Below, in pieces: positions 11,061 through 23,197 of a stretch of DNA of 38,172 bases. Both the position numbers and the translations under genes were made by a program. Below the pieces are notes generated by a model. The model did not search any database, was not told the DNA's origin, and was given only the letters and a program-made list of their open reading frames with translations. The DNA is from Vicugna vicugna (lineage: Eukaryota): NCBI GenBank assembly GCA_013265495.1, contig MU058228.1, positions 186,001 to 224,172 of the forward strand. The letters run 5' to 3'. Numbering within the stretch: the first letter of the stretch is position 1; each line of letters starts with the position of its first letter.

Positions 11061-12513
11061 ATGGAATTGTTCAAATTGAGTGAAAATTTCCTGTGTCCTG
11101 AAGTTTTAATGGAATCTTCAGTTGAACCCATCTGGACCTCGTGCCCTTTCAGGGGAGCAGCCCTTTGAGATCCTTCGTTACTGCCAAAAACTTAAAAGAA
11201 ATCTACCTCCAGTTCTCACAGTGCTCCTCTCTCCTCACGCCTGTGTGTATGACGCGTGCCTTCTCTTCTTCCTGGGGTATCGTTTCTTTCCTTCTACGCC
11301 TGACCAAGTATAAACACCTGTCTCTAGACTGAACCATCTCACCTGAGTAGCATCCCTTGCCTGGGTAAGGCTGATGAACGCCGTATTGCCCCAACACCCC
11401 CGGCTTATAGTTCTACAATCATAGCTCACACCTGATTGCACTGTTCCTTTACTTGCTGCTCACATCATTAGGCTGGGGATGCTCAGTGGCAGTGTGGTTT
11501 ACTTGAAAGGCGGTATGATTTAGAGTTAGAATGGTATTCAAATTTGGGTTCTTGCATTTACTAGAGGTCTGATCTTATTAATCAACTTTGTGAATAAAAA
11601 TTATTCGACACCCGGGAGTAATGTAGGAGGCTGCCAGCGCCCTCACAGTAGCACACTGGGGCATCGTGTAACAGGCCAGCCCAAGGCTTATTTACTCATC
11701 CAGGAAAAGGCATCTGTTTGACTTTGTGACTTACTATGTGATTAGAGCCCAAACACTGTGAAGTTTCGGATTAATCTGTAGTTTAGATGAACCAGTAGAA
11801 AGATAAACTCGAAGATTATGGTTGTATTATGGGACATTACTCATTTTTTTATCTGACCTGCCAACCTTGTTCTCACATTCTTTTGTTGACGCTGGGCTGT
11901 CAAAAATGCTTTTTGTTGACAAACTAGATAAACCTGTTTCACAAAAAATCCTTGGAAGCAGTTGTATCAACATTAATGAAATTGTTGAACAAAATCTTTG
12001 ACACACGTTTAAGTCAGGTCCACACAGTGATAGGCAGAGTTTTAATTTCAGTGTTGGGGATCTTCTAAGGTAATCCTGGCATTATGGTCCCCCAAAGCCA
12101 AGACAGAGGGTCCCTGCTGGGCCGTGCAGCTCTCACATACTCAGGGCTCACAGCAGTCATGACTGTGCCCTGCATCCTCCAAAGAGCCCCTAACCTTCTG
12201 TGTGCTTTAGAATTACAGGCAGGACCATGTAACCCTTGTTTGGGTTCCCCACCCATGTGAGGCTGCCTGTGGACACCCTCCCCTCCCTACTGAGTCTCTG
12301 ACTTGGAGCTACTGTGCGTCCCTTCTCTGCCCCTGCCCTGCAGTGTGTGGCTGCCCACCTTCTGTGCACCCTCTACTGGTTTAAGACAAGATATCCAGGA
12401 AGAGAGGGCAAGACTAGGGGAGGAAAAGGAAGGGAGGGTCAGAAAAGGATACCAGCGGAGACTGACCAGTGCTTGTAGCCTTTCTGCTTTATCAGCTGAC
12501 CTGTAAGCCACAT

Positions 12514-12519
12514 TTTATT
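12514..12519 (-). terminator. Candidate distal poly(A) signal of CYP3A copy A
   Basis: AATAAA on the minus strand, ~855 nt downstream of the stop, conserved at the paralogous position of copy B (27656-27661). Another AATAAA lies at 13023-13028. Confidence 0.45.
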
Positions 12520-13373
12520 CCACATTCATTGTGCTGAGACAGTTGGGAGTTGAGGATGGAATACAAAGAGGTATGAAAAGAAACATCTTTCCTGCCTTCC
12601 AGAAACGTAAGGAGAGATGAGATGTAAACATTAAATCAAAACTAATAATATAATAATAAGTGTCTCAGTTAAGTGTTACAAAAATATGTGCTCCAAAAAG
12701 GGCAGATTTAAAGGATGAATATCCTTTCTAAGTGATGGGGAAAGCCACAGTGGATTAACCCTTACAATTTTATATATCACACTGGAGTTTTGAAAAAGGC
12801 TCCACCCACGAGTGATTATGATTGTCAAAAGCATCACTGCTTTAGTCACTGGCTCTCCCCAGTTCAGTTGTACACATTCCCCGAGTGTACACAAAGTCAT
12901 CAGATAATACTTTTGCAAAGAGAGGTTTACTGACTTGCTCATTATAGTATTTGATTCACAATATTCAAAATAAAACCTATGATGTAAGTGTTACTACTTC
13001 AGTCACCACTGTGATCCTTACTTTTATTTAAGTTTGTTAGTAAAAAAATTGTTGAGAAATTTTCAATCTTGCTTAGTGCTCAGGAGGGATGGATGCTACT
13101 AACTGGAGGGTGAATGGAGATGGTCCCATGAGAATCCAAGAAGCTGAGTCTACACATCTGGCCCTCATGAGTCACCTCCTTCACATGACACGGTGTATAA
13201 CACTCCATGTAGACACTGAGAAAGCTAAATGATTGTGCAGTCATTAATCACCTACTAAGCGCAGCAGGTGAAGCCCATCTTCATTTCTGGGTTTTATCAC
13301 AAAGTAAATCCAGGTCTCTGGTGTTCTGGGATGCAGCTTTCTTGAAGGACAAAGCGCAGGTCCTTAGGGAAAG

Positions 13374-13469
13374 TCAGGCTCTACTTAGTGTCCCATCTCT
13401 GGGCTCAATCATTAGAAGAATGGATTTTTCTGGTTGTATAAGCATTCCAGGGCGTAATTTCAGGGGGAT
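13374..13469 (-). pseudogene. CYP3A: CYP3A copy A exon 13 (coding part, open)
   Basis: ccag|ATC CCC CTG AAA... gives [31 protein letters not shown], 96 nt, canonical acceptor. Confidence 0.93.
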
Positions 13470-13764
13470 CTGGAACAATTATACAAGCACATGAAAAACA
13501 ATTAATGAAACCTCACCAACAAAAGAAGCAAAGTATATAAGATAGATGGACAATGATGCTATACAAACACAGAACAGCGCCATATACCTTCGATTCATTT
13601 TTTTCAACTACAAATTCAGTGTATTTAATAGATACAGGGACATTCAGGTTGTGTGTTTTTTCCTAGAGTGAATTTTAATAGTCGTGTCTTTCAAGGAATT
13701 GGTCTAATTTACATACTGTACATATGGAGTAAAATTATTGGCAGCATTCCTTTATTACCTTTTT

Positions 13765-14095
13765 CTTTAAATTAAAATAAAATGTCCACCTACTGAGACA
13801 CACTTGTCTTACAGGAGTGCATAAGTTTAAGGTGTACAGCATAATGATTTGACTTACATATACCAGGAATTTATTACCACAATAAGTTTCCTTAACATCC
13901 ATCAGCTCATACAGATACATAAAAAGAAAAAAATTTCGTTCCCTTCAGATGAGAACTCTCAGGATCTATTCTCTTAACAACTTCTCTGTCTACCGTACAG
14001 AGATGTCAGCTGTTCTCATCATGTGGTACGTGATGTCCCCAGTGCTTACTTATCTTGTAACTGGAAGCCTGTAGCTTCATCCAATCTCCCCTCCT
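13765..14095 (-). mobile_element. L1 3' end (L1MA9-like), in intron 12 of copy A
   Basis: AAGTTTAAGGTGTACAGCATAATGATTTGACTTACATATA...GATGAGAACTCTCAGGATCTATTCTCTTAACAACTT...GTAACTGGAAG. Only a remnant remains in copy B (~28980-29060). Confidence 0.75.
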
Positions 14096-14297
14096 TATCT
14101 TTGGCTCTTTATATTTATTCTACAGATTATGTCAAGACTAGATAGTGAAAGCACTCATCCATCATTCTTTCCACGAAATATCTATCAACTACCTATTCTG
14201 TACCAGGCAAAAGACAAAATCAGGTTGGTTTGTGCTCCTTTTTTGATTAAAATTTTAAGTACGAAGGCTGAATTTTTACAATTTACTAGGTTCTTGT

Positions 14298-14339
14298 GGG
14301 GAGTAATAGCTCAGTGGTAGAATGTGTGCTTAGCATGCA
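14298..14339 (+). mobile_element. Truncated Vic-1-like SINE (5' head only)
   Basis: GGGGAGTAATAGCTCAGTGGTAGAATGTGTGCTTAGCATGCA contains a tRNA-like A box. Absent at the paralogous site of copy B (~29250). Confidence 0.75.
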
Positions 14340-15527
14340 ACTACCTTGAGCCATGTAACGACAATTTTGTGTCCGTTGAAACTTGCCAGTGGGAATGACA
14401 CGTAACTTGGGCCATCCTCAGTTTCTGTAGAGTCCAGTCACCTCTCCCAGTGGACCTCGTCCAGTTTCATAATGGAAAGACATCTTTGTTATGCCAATTT
14501 TCTGCCAGTGGTGAACTTTTGATGATCTACAGTGTTTTGCCTGATACTTTTAGCCCCATTCTCACCCAGTCACTCCATCAGTGTTGGGGACACCAACTGA
14601 GTGACTTTTTAACCTCAGCTGACTGAAGGGAAAACAGATTGTCATGGAGGAGAGAAGCCCCAGCCTGTGGGTGACTGAGAGGAGCTTGTGGGGAGTGTCT
14701 GCCCCCTCCCAGGTGTGCCAGAGGCCCTCCTTCTCCCAGGGCTGAGTCCCCTGTCTGTACATACTTACAGGACTGACACACAGAGGCTCAGAAGTGAAAT
14801 GGAAACCATCTGTATCCCCCTTTTCCCTGAGAAAGCTTACTTAAGGGGAGGAGCTGCTTATTAAACATGTAGCTGTTAGAAATAAGCCTTATTATAGGGT
14901 CTTGCCTGCTATGAATCAATGGCTACTTTTCTTTGTGCTGTATAAGAGAGTCTCCAATTTTTCTGTAAATATTACACCTTGTTATTTTAGAATTTCAAAT
15001 GGCATGCATACATTTCTCCTGCAGACACACACACAGAGCACATGCACAAATGTCATTTGTTAAATTTCAAAAATACAAACTGTTCAAAAATTGTATCCAA
15101 GAACTCTAACCAACCGCATATCATTCCTTAAGCATTTGGCGGGTGACCGTGAGGCACCACTGAGAGTTTACGCAAGGGCCTAGAGTTAAAGACATTCTTG
15201 GGTGAGAAGAAAACATAGGACCCAAACTGGATGGTTCAATGGCAAAGTATTCAGTTAGGTGGTACCACCCACAATGCCAGCCCGTGGTAACTGACAGACA
15301 ACACAGCAGAGGGGAGGAGGGACTCTGGACTGGATGGGGAAGGCTCCAAGAGGGACCCAAGGACTGACCTAGAACTTGAAAGGGGAGAACAGATGGTGGG
15401 GGGAGCAGGAAGGACACACGTGGAGTTATTATTGGAATGTAAAGGGAGCCCAGCCCGATGGCAGCAGGACTCCTGGAAGGAGAGGGGGACCGTGGGAGTC
15501 CTCACATCTGGCAGAAATGCTTTCAAT

Positions 15528-15681
15528 CAGGGATTCTCACCTTGGCTGCACATGAGACTCAATGAGGGCGTTTTGAATGTCACACCCTGGGAGAATTATA
15601 TTAGATGTCTGAGATGACCTAGGCATCATGAGTTTTAAAACTCTCCAGTTATTTCATTGTACAAGGTGGTTAGAACACCTG
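15528..15681. mobile_element. MER5-like MITE shared by both paralogs (copy B ~30531-30675)
   Basis: CAGGGATTCTCACCTTGGCTGCACAT...TTTTAAAACTCTCCAG...GGTTAGAACACCTG. Confidence 0.55.
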
Positions 15682-15997
15682 TCAGGAGACTCTGTAAGCT
15701 CTAACGGAAAAGAACACCATTCAAAATTCATGATGTGGTCATCACTGCACTCAGGACTGTGCACACACTTCCCCTTCCTTCCTGCGGACTTGAAACTGAA
15801 TTTAAAACATTGCTGAGGTTCAAAAGACTGCAAATAATAGTGTCACACTAACTTCTTTGAAGCTAGATGACCTTTGGAATTGGGTCTTTATAAAGCAACT
15901 GACTTAGCCCTTCAGAGTTGAAGGACCCTTAAAGGTCCCAGATGGCTCCAAATACATTCATGTCATTATGCAAATTATTCCTTAAATAGAACATACA

Positions 15998-16013
15998 CAT
16001 ATACATATATATA

Positions 16014-16064
<51 letters not shown>
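15998..16064. repeat. Compound (TA)n(TG)n(TA)n microsatellite
   Basis: Directly visible. It lies ~55 nt inside intron 12 of copy A and is absent from copy B. Confidence 0.95.
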
Positions 16065-16067
<3 letters not shown>

Positions 16068-16120
16068 AGTTTAAAAACTCACACTAAAACATTATGAATG
16101 CACATAGGTAACTGTCTGAC

Positions 16121-16284
16121 CTGTGTTTCTTTGTAAGGTTTAAAGGAGAAGTTCTGCAGGACTCTGATGGCAGCAAGTTTTATGGTCAAGAGAGCCAACC
16201 TCACGCCAATGCAGTTTCGGGGTCCAGTCCCAAAAGGCAGGTATGTGTAAGGATTTAATGCTGTCCTGGTTCTTCTTCCGGAAC
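16121..16284 (-). pseudogene. CYP3A: CYP3A copy A exon 12 (164 nt, +1 frameshift)
   Basis: AGC ATT AAA TCC T versus AGC ATA AAT CCT in copy B (extra base at 16257/16258). The heme motif [10 protein letters not shown] is out of frame and the shifted frame stops at TAA 16142-16140. Confidence 0.93.
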
Positions 16285-18398
16285 CTGGATCCACGACAGT
16301 AGATGAAGCAAGTTAATGAAACATAAAAACCACAAGAGCTCCAGGTCTGAGGTTTTAACTTAACTCTTCAGTTAGTAGCACTGGGGATCCTTTTGTGGGC
16401 GAGTCATGCATCCTGCTGTGAGAAAGGTCAGCTCCAGATGCTTCCCATCCCCTTTACCCTATAGGAGTGCCCAGTCTTGTTGGAGAGATGAGATGAATGC
16501 TTTTTTTAGACGCTAAAATTACATTCAGGGTGGTGAGATGTTCATGCTCTGAAAGGCAAGTAGGAAATGAGACTGAATGGAAATAAAGTGGGTTCCTGCA
16601 ATGCCTATGTTGGTCGCATGTTCATGGAGGAAGCAAGGACGAGAATCATCTCCCAGTATTTAAATTGTCATTTTCCACCTGGACCCTCTCCCCTCCCCCT
16701 CCCCTGTGTCTCTGTCTTCTTCTCTCTCCCCCACACAGAGGATGCTTAGGGCAGATTTACATAAGTACACGATGCTGCTCTAATCACGGATTTCCTTTAT
16801 GTCGGCTCCACTAGCCTATAAATTCCCTGATAGTTAAAGAAAAAATGTGGATTTTGTGGAAAGTGATAATGGCTTTGTGGTTATATATATTTCAAAGAGC
16901 CCCTATTTTGCAAAACCTCCTGGAATATTTACAAACAACGTAACTTCAAATAACATGGGAATACAGAGGAGGGTAGCAGTGGCCTGTGGATGGGGCAGAC
17001 ATGGGTTGATGCTTGTTGGGCAGGGAATAGGCAAAGATAGATACATTAAAACTATTTCATAGTTTTAATAGACTTGTGCCTATAGGATATACTTGTGTAT
17101 ATGTTAAACATATGTATATTGTGCATTCGTCAAAAATTATCCATAATAAGCATTTTTTTTTAACATTGAGATGTCTCACTCTCTGGCCCAGTCCCTGAAA
17201 AACATAGGTAAGCACTGTCTGTCTGCTTGACGACTGCATAAAATAAAGAGAAGGGAAGTGAGTGGTCTCTGTCTGGGGTTAGGACTGTGGAGCTGCGGGT
17301 CGGGGGGGAACTGCTGAGCTGGGAGGAACCACAGGTTCCCTGGTCCAGAAAACAGAGGACTTGGTCCACTCTAACTTCTTTCAGCAAGTGTTATGTGTGG
17401 CCATGATGCTAGCACTAGGGACACTGTGGCAATAAGACCAAGTCCCTGCCATCAGGGGGCTTAAAGGCAGGGGTAATAAAAGTCTAGATCCCAGCTGGGG
17501 CCGGAAAAAGTTCATTCCACATTTTACTCATTATGTAATAAATGGGACCATCAACTCTTTCCAGAGTTCAAGCTGTGCCCAAACCAGCCCTCTGCTCCTG
17601 GTTTCTGAAGAGGATGCTCAAGCCCCTGCAAGGAGGATGTCCCAGACGTCTAGAGGTCAGAGGGCTTCTCTTTGGAAGGTCACCAAATACCGAGGCAGAA
17701 GGGAGGTGGCCCAGGACTGCAGACACAGACAGCACTGGGGGCCGTGCTCCCCTCGGCCCTCAGTGAGGCTGCTCCAACCACCAGGGGTGACATCACCCCC
17801 GGCCTCTCAGCCTGAACTCTCACAGTAATGGTAGAAGACGTGACAGTCAATGTTTAAAAACATGGAAATGTGGGAACGTTGGTGGTGAATTCAAAGAGCT
17901 GAAGAGAACAGACAGAAAGACTTCAAGGAAATAAAAAGCCTATACACCTGAAATAATGTAGTGGTTAGGTCAATTATGGCATATATACATAATCACTCAC
18001 ATATATTATATGTACACACATAAAATGTTGTTTATAGTGGACTGTTACATCAAGTAAGCAATTCAAAACCAAATTAAATATACTACCGTTCTAATTCTAT
18101 AAAAATCTATATGTGCATAGAAAAATGTCCGTAAGGACATACATCACATTATTAATGGAGCCTATTTTAAGGTACTAGGACGATCAACAGCTATAATTTT
18201 CTTTTTTCTGGTTCACAGTTGTAAAATTTGACTCCAACAATGATCACTCTTATAAGAAGAAAAAGCTTCAGGCGATAAAAAGATGTACAAATAAATGACC
18301 GTATGGTCACACTTTGGTCACCTATAACAAGAGGCATCAGAATACGCCTGGAACCAGTCTGGATCAGATGAGGGTTTCCCTTCCCCAGGGCCTCGTAC

Positions 18399-18625
18399 CT
18401 TTCAGGACGGAACTCCTCAGGCTCTGGCCAGTGTTCCGGGTCATTGTGAAGAGCGAAGACTGGCACCATCACCACTGTCCCTTTGGGAATGAGTACCCCA
18501 CTGACTTCCACATCTTTCTTACAGACCCTCTCAAGTCTAGAATTAAGTGGGAATAACCTTAGCAATTCACTCAACACCGTGTCAAGATACTCCAGCTTCT
18601 CCAGGGACTCATATGTGGGAGGTGC
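18399..18625 (-). pseudogene. CYP3A: CYP3A copy A exon 11 (227 nt, open)
   Basis: [76 protein letters not shown]. ExxR and PER motifs retained, AG/GT intact. Confidence 0.95.
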
Positions 18626-19607
18626 CTGGGAAGAAAGAAACAGATTGTGATAAATTGAGATCTGGGTTCAACTCAGTCTACATAGTACTATTTAATGTTT
18701 AGGATCACCAAAGAGTAATTTAACTGGTAAAGGACCTTAGCATTTATAGACATTTTAATAGTTATCATATCTTTGATATGCTCATTAGCCCATTGAGATG
18801 TGCAGAGTATTTATGACTATGAGAGACTTTGGGACAATCCCTTAAACAGGTCCTGAAATGCCTCACATTAACATGCAGGACCTTTTCCTTCTCATGTGAA
18901 CAAATATGACTAATAGACTATGACTCCTGCTTCTGTATGAAGTAGGCTGAATTCAGTGTTTCCTTCCAAAAGTGAGGCAATGCATCTGCTCCAAAGAAAA
19001 CAAATGTGTAAAAGAGCATATTCACTATTCAGCATAAAATTATTACTTGAGAAATCCCGTTTGCTAATTTTTGACCAAACATACAAAATTTGCAGATCCT
19101 ATACGATATAAAAATTCTATAAATAATTTGGGGAGAAATGAGTTCCTTTCTAAACCGAACATGCAAAACAGGGTAAGATGGAAGATACAAGGGAACACAA
19201 TTTAAGTTCTATAAAAGGTTACAAGAGGATGAGGGCCCCATACTCAACCTCACCCTTTGTTGCTAGAACAGTCTTCTGTAGCCATTTCAGGTTGGACTGT
19301 AGGGTCTGAAGTTCTAAACAAACACTCCAGCCCTAGAGGCCAGGCCTCCTGACAACACATGGAATTTCAGTTTTGGCAGAGATCCGCCAACAGTCAGGGT
19401 GACATGTGGCTGTCACATGGTGTTATATTTTAGAGGCAATATCGTAAAGGGTAAGAATTGGCTCAGGAGCCAGGGACACCCTGGCTCAGAGCTTGGCTTT
19501 TTCTCCACGGGGTACACGACGAGTGTATGCAAGGATTCCATCTCTCGGCAGCTCAGTTTTCTGATGTGTCACATGGAGATAATTCGAGCTGACACGTCAC
19601 AGGGCTC

Positions 19608-20006
19608 TGTGGCAGAGACCCTCACTGCTCACCCAGTGTCCACGTGGTCCCCATATTTCCCAGACCACTTGAAGTTAGGGAAACCAGCATTGCCAATGGG
19701 CTGTGAACCAAGTTGGTTATGTCAGTTTGGGACCAAATACTTGAAAAGCCAATGAGCAACTGTTAAGTCCCTTATCCCCAGACAACAAGAAGACCTCATG
19801 TTCCAGACAATGAAGCTATAAGACGGTAGAAACTTTTATTTAGAATCCTTGAGTGACTCTGTGGATCCGAGCTCCCCACTCCCATCCTGCACTACTCATC
19901 CATGTGGGACTTGTAAATGCGGGAACATACCTTTGCTCTGAAAGCCCCTGAGATTTGAGGATTCATCTGTTACTGAGGCATAACTTAGCCTCTCCTGGCT
20001 TATACA
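19608..20006 (+). mobile_element. MLT1J-like MaLR LTR inserted in a MIR remnant (copy B 37106-37500)
   Basis: TGTGGCAGAGAC... to ...CCTGAGATTTGAGG...GTTACTGAGGCATAACTTAGCCTCTCCTGGCTTATACA. MIR-like CTCAGTTTTCTGATGTGTCACATGGAGATAAT lies upstream. Confidence 0.7.
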
Positions 20007-20398
20007 GAATTTTATGAAGATAAAATTCATTTATAAATAGAAAGCATTTAAAACGTACATATATAGTAAGCAGCAAATATTGGCCATTAGTGTTGTCATT
20101 GGTACGTATCATTATTAAATGGGGGAGAACACAATGCTTTCACTAGTCTCTGTCTCTTAGTGACCTTTCCCTCCTATTGCATCCGAAGAATCACAATATG
20201 GGTTTTACTAGAGAAGACAGATCATCTCTGATATAGGTAGGCCCTATGAAGTATCCTTCCCTTGTATTTGAAGGACCCAGAACTCTGAAAGCTCATAAGA
20301 CTTGTCAAAACCACAGTCAAGACTCATATTCTTGCCCTCTGTTTCCTACCCTCTGTCCTTTCCTTTTACCAGTCTCCTAGTAGTCTGTAGTTTACCCA

Positions 20399-20825
20399 GG
20401 GTGGAAGACTGAATTAATGGCCCCAGTTCTCCATCCCTTCCTCTGTCCACACCCTTTGCCATCTAACTTTGTGAAGCTCTTCCATTCTGACTCTGGGGTT
20501 GGCCAGGTGGCTTGCTTTAAACCAATGGAAAGTTGCATAAGTGTGATACAAGCAGAGTTTTGAAAGTCACCCATATGACTGGTCTTTTTGTTCCTGCCAC
20601 CTACCATTGCCCTGGGAAGCAGACATGTGGAGAGACAGGAGAAGCATGTGTGGCATTGATTCAGTCTTGCTAATTAGCCAAGGCCAGCGTAGATCAGTCA
20701 ACAGCCAGACCAGAGCAAGTCCAGCCATATCAATCGATAACTCTGCAGACACTGGAGCAGTGAATACTTGTTAGATGCCACTGAGGTTTTGTGACTTTCA
20801 CTTGGCATTATTGTGATAATTGATA
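20399..20825 (+). mobile_element. MLT1G/H-like MaLR LTR (copy B from ~37888)
   Basis: GGAAGACTGAATTAATGGCCCCAGTTCTCCATCCCTTCCT...GCCACTGAGGTTTTG...GCATTATTGTG. Confidence 0.65.
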
Positions 20826-21039
20826 TGCCAGGACCAGTACTTGTTTCAAACTACTTCTGTCTCTGTGAGTAGCACACATTACCTAGTTTCCCCCTTTGTT
20901 TTTGAAGGTTTTTCCTAAATCTCGTGGGTGAAAGAATTGATACTTAGGCTTTTTGCAAAAATCTCCTAAGAAGTGGTGAAGAGGACATTCATGCTAAGGC
21001 TACACCTTCCTCCTCCCTCTCCAGGCACCATCCACTCAC

Positions 21040-21200
21040 CTTATTGGGGAGAACCACATCAATCTCCTCCTGTAGCTTCTGCTGGACATCGGGTTCCACG
21101 GCCAACTTATGCATAAGGAGGGAGAAAGAATCGGCAGCGGGCTCGTAGCCAGCAAGAAGAAAGGTAATACCTTGGGCCGCCATTTCTTGGTCAGACAGAG
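21040..21200 (-). pseudogene. CYP3A: CYP3A copy A exon 10 (161 nt, open, I-helix)
   Basis: [53 protein letters not shown], with ttttag acceptor and gtgagt donor. Confidence 0.95.
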
Positions 21201-21550
21201 CTAAAAGGAGAGAAAAAATGTTTTAGGTAAAGCATGTTTAACTTATAAACACATCACAGTAGTGTTTGTAAATATATATATTTTTTTCTCCTGAGAGAAA
21301 CCAAGCATGTTCAGGCTCTGATCTATTTGATGGGACTGGACTATGACCTTTAGGTACTTAGAGCCCTCAGATCAATGTGGTGCCTGCCCCAGTGATGTAA
21401 TTCACAACATCACCGATAGATGAGTGAAAGAAATATCTACAGCATTCTGACTTCCCAATGACGATTACTGTGAAAGCTATTATGGGCAAATTCAACCATC
21501 AGATTCTTTCTCCTCAGTTAGCTAAATCCCAGGATATTCAGAGTTTAGAG

Positions 21551-21745
21551 CTGTGCTGTCTAATATGGGGCTATTTAAAACAACTTCTAATTGATTAAAA
21601 TTAAACATAATTTAACATTTAGTTCTTCAGTGGCCTTATGCACATGTCAAGTGCTCAATAGCCACACATGTCTAGGGGTTACTGTATTGAACAGTGCAGA
21701 TACAGAATATTTTCTTCGTCACAGAAATTTTTATTGGACCATGTA
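21551..21745. mobile_element. MER3/MER33-like hAT MITE
   Basis: CTGTGCTGTCTAATATG...TCAAGTGCTCAATAGCCACAC...GTATTGAACAGTGCAGATACAGAATATTT...TATTGGAC. Confidence 0.8.
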
Positions 21746-22079
21746 GTTAGATAGATAGGCAGACAGACAGACAGATAGATAGATAGAAAGAAGTAGATCT
21801 AGATGTAGTTGTAGATGTACTTATAGTAGTGTGCCAGAGTTATCTCATCACTCTCTTAAGAACCATTTGTTAAAAATTCAAGAATTTTGTGAGATGGTTG
21901 TCAGACCACTGGTAGATTAAAATTAACCATATGGGAGTATTCATGTCCTGGAATAAACTACAAATCAGGGCATTCTTGTTTGAAACAGAGAGAGAGAGAG
22001 CCTGTTTCCATCACTTATGAGTAGATATAGAAATGCTTATGTTCATCAGTCCTGTGTGAATATATTTGATGATATATTT

Positions 22080-23080
22080 GATGGTCTTATCTTTGTCCAC
22101 TGAGAGTATCTAGAAGCAAGGAAACCATAGTAGTAATGACCATTCTCAGATCCAGATTTTGGTTTCTAAGTACCATTTCTCACAAAAGGAAACCAGAGCT
22201 CCTCGGAGAAATGGCTGATTCCAGGTCTAGTCAGGGGAAATAGAAAAGATACCTGGAACGTCTTCCATCAGAAAGTGAGGAAATTCTCAGAAAATGATAG
22301 ATGAAAAGGACACAGGATACTCTATATACTACAATGGTGGATATACATCATTAAACATTTGTCAAAACCCATAGAAGGTACAACACAAAGAATGAAGCCT
22401 AATGTAAACTATGGACTTCTGGTAGTAATAATATGTCAATGTATGTTCATTGTTTATAACAACTGTACTATTGTGATGTGATCTCTGATAGTGGAAGAGG
22501 CTGTGTGGAGGTGGGGGGAAGATGTATATTTGAAATCTCTGTATTTTCCCTTCAAGTTTGCTGTGACTAACTACTCTAAAATATAGTCTATTGGAAAAAA
22601 ATTTTAAGCGGAAAAAAGAAAGGAAAAAAATGCAGGAGCCTACTGAAGAGGGATCCATTGGATGAACCTGAGAGAATTTGAGAATCAAAATGAAAAATGA
22701 TATGAGAGTAAATTACATGTGAGAATGTACTGATGTAAATGAATAAATAAATGATGAAGGAGAGTGGAAAGCTCTCCCTTAGAATATTAACTCATAAATA
22801 CAGAAGAATGATGGAATTATAAAGTCATCATTTTGCAAACATCTTAGTAATGAAGTTTTCAGTCAAAAACCACCCATTGGTAATAAAACAAATAGGTGAC
22901 AATCTGAAGAGGAGCAGAATATTTACGGTCTAAAAGACCTCTCCCACAAGCCACTTATTAGTTACAAAGGGAAAACAGAACTTTAAAGTAGATTAAACTA
23001 GTGAACAAGACTTTATCCAAGTGTTCCAAGATGAAGTCACCAACTCTGGGGCACTGTCCCTCCCAATGTGATGAAGCCTT
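22080..23080 (+). mobile_element. Old L1 3' UTR fragments (L1MC-like, with a nested L1 3' end at ~22315-22630)
   Basis: CCAGAGCTCCTCGGAGAAATGGCTGATTCCAGG... and CATTTGTCAAAACCCATAGAA..TACAACACAAAGAATGAAGCCTAATGTAAACTATGGACTT. Confidence 0.7.
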
Positions 23081-23084
23081 GATA

Positions 23085-23197
23085 CAAATTTCCAGGCAGA
23101 GGTTCTGACTCGGTGGGTCTGGAGGGGCCTGAGAATTGGCACTGGAAACAAGCCCCCCAGAGGCTGGGCTGCAGGTGGTCCAGGACCAGGACTGACT
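23085..23197. mobile_element. MER5A-like fragment
   Basis: CAGAGGTTCTGACTCGGTGGGTCTGGAGGGGCCTGAGAATTGGCA...AACAAGC. Confidence 0.55.

Noticed and set aside
14298..14339. tRNA gene
   Set aside because: Only an A box is present, with no B box or cloverleaf. It matches the SINE heads near 26050 and 28950.
19399..19755. Near-identical ORFs at 19399-19755 and 36891-37214 as a conserved small gene
   Set aside because: The identity is at the DNA level with no synonymous variation, the sequence is MIR/MLT1-derived and the starts are GTG. Gene conversion explains it better.
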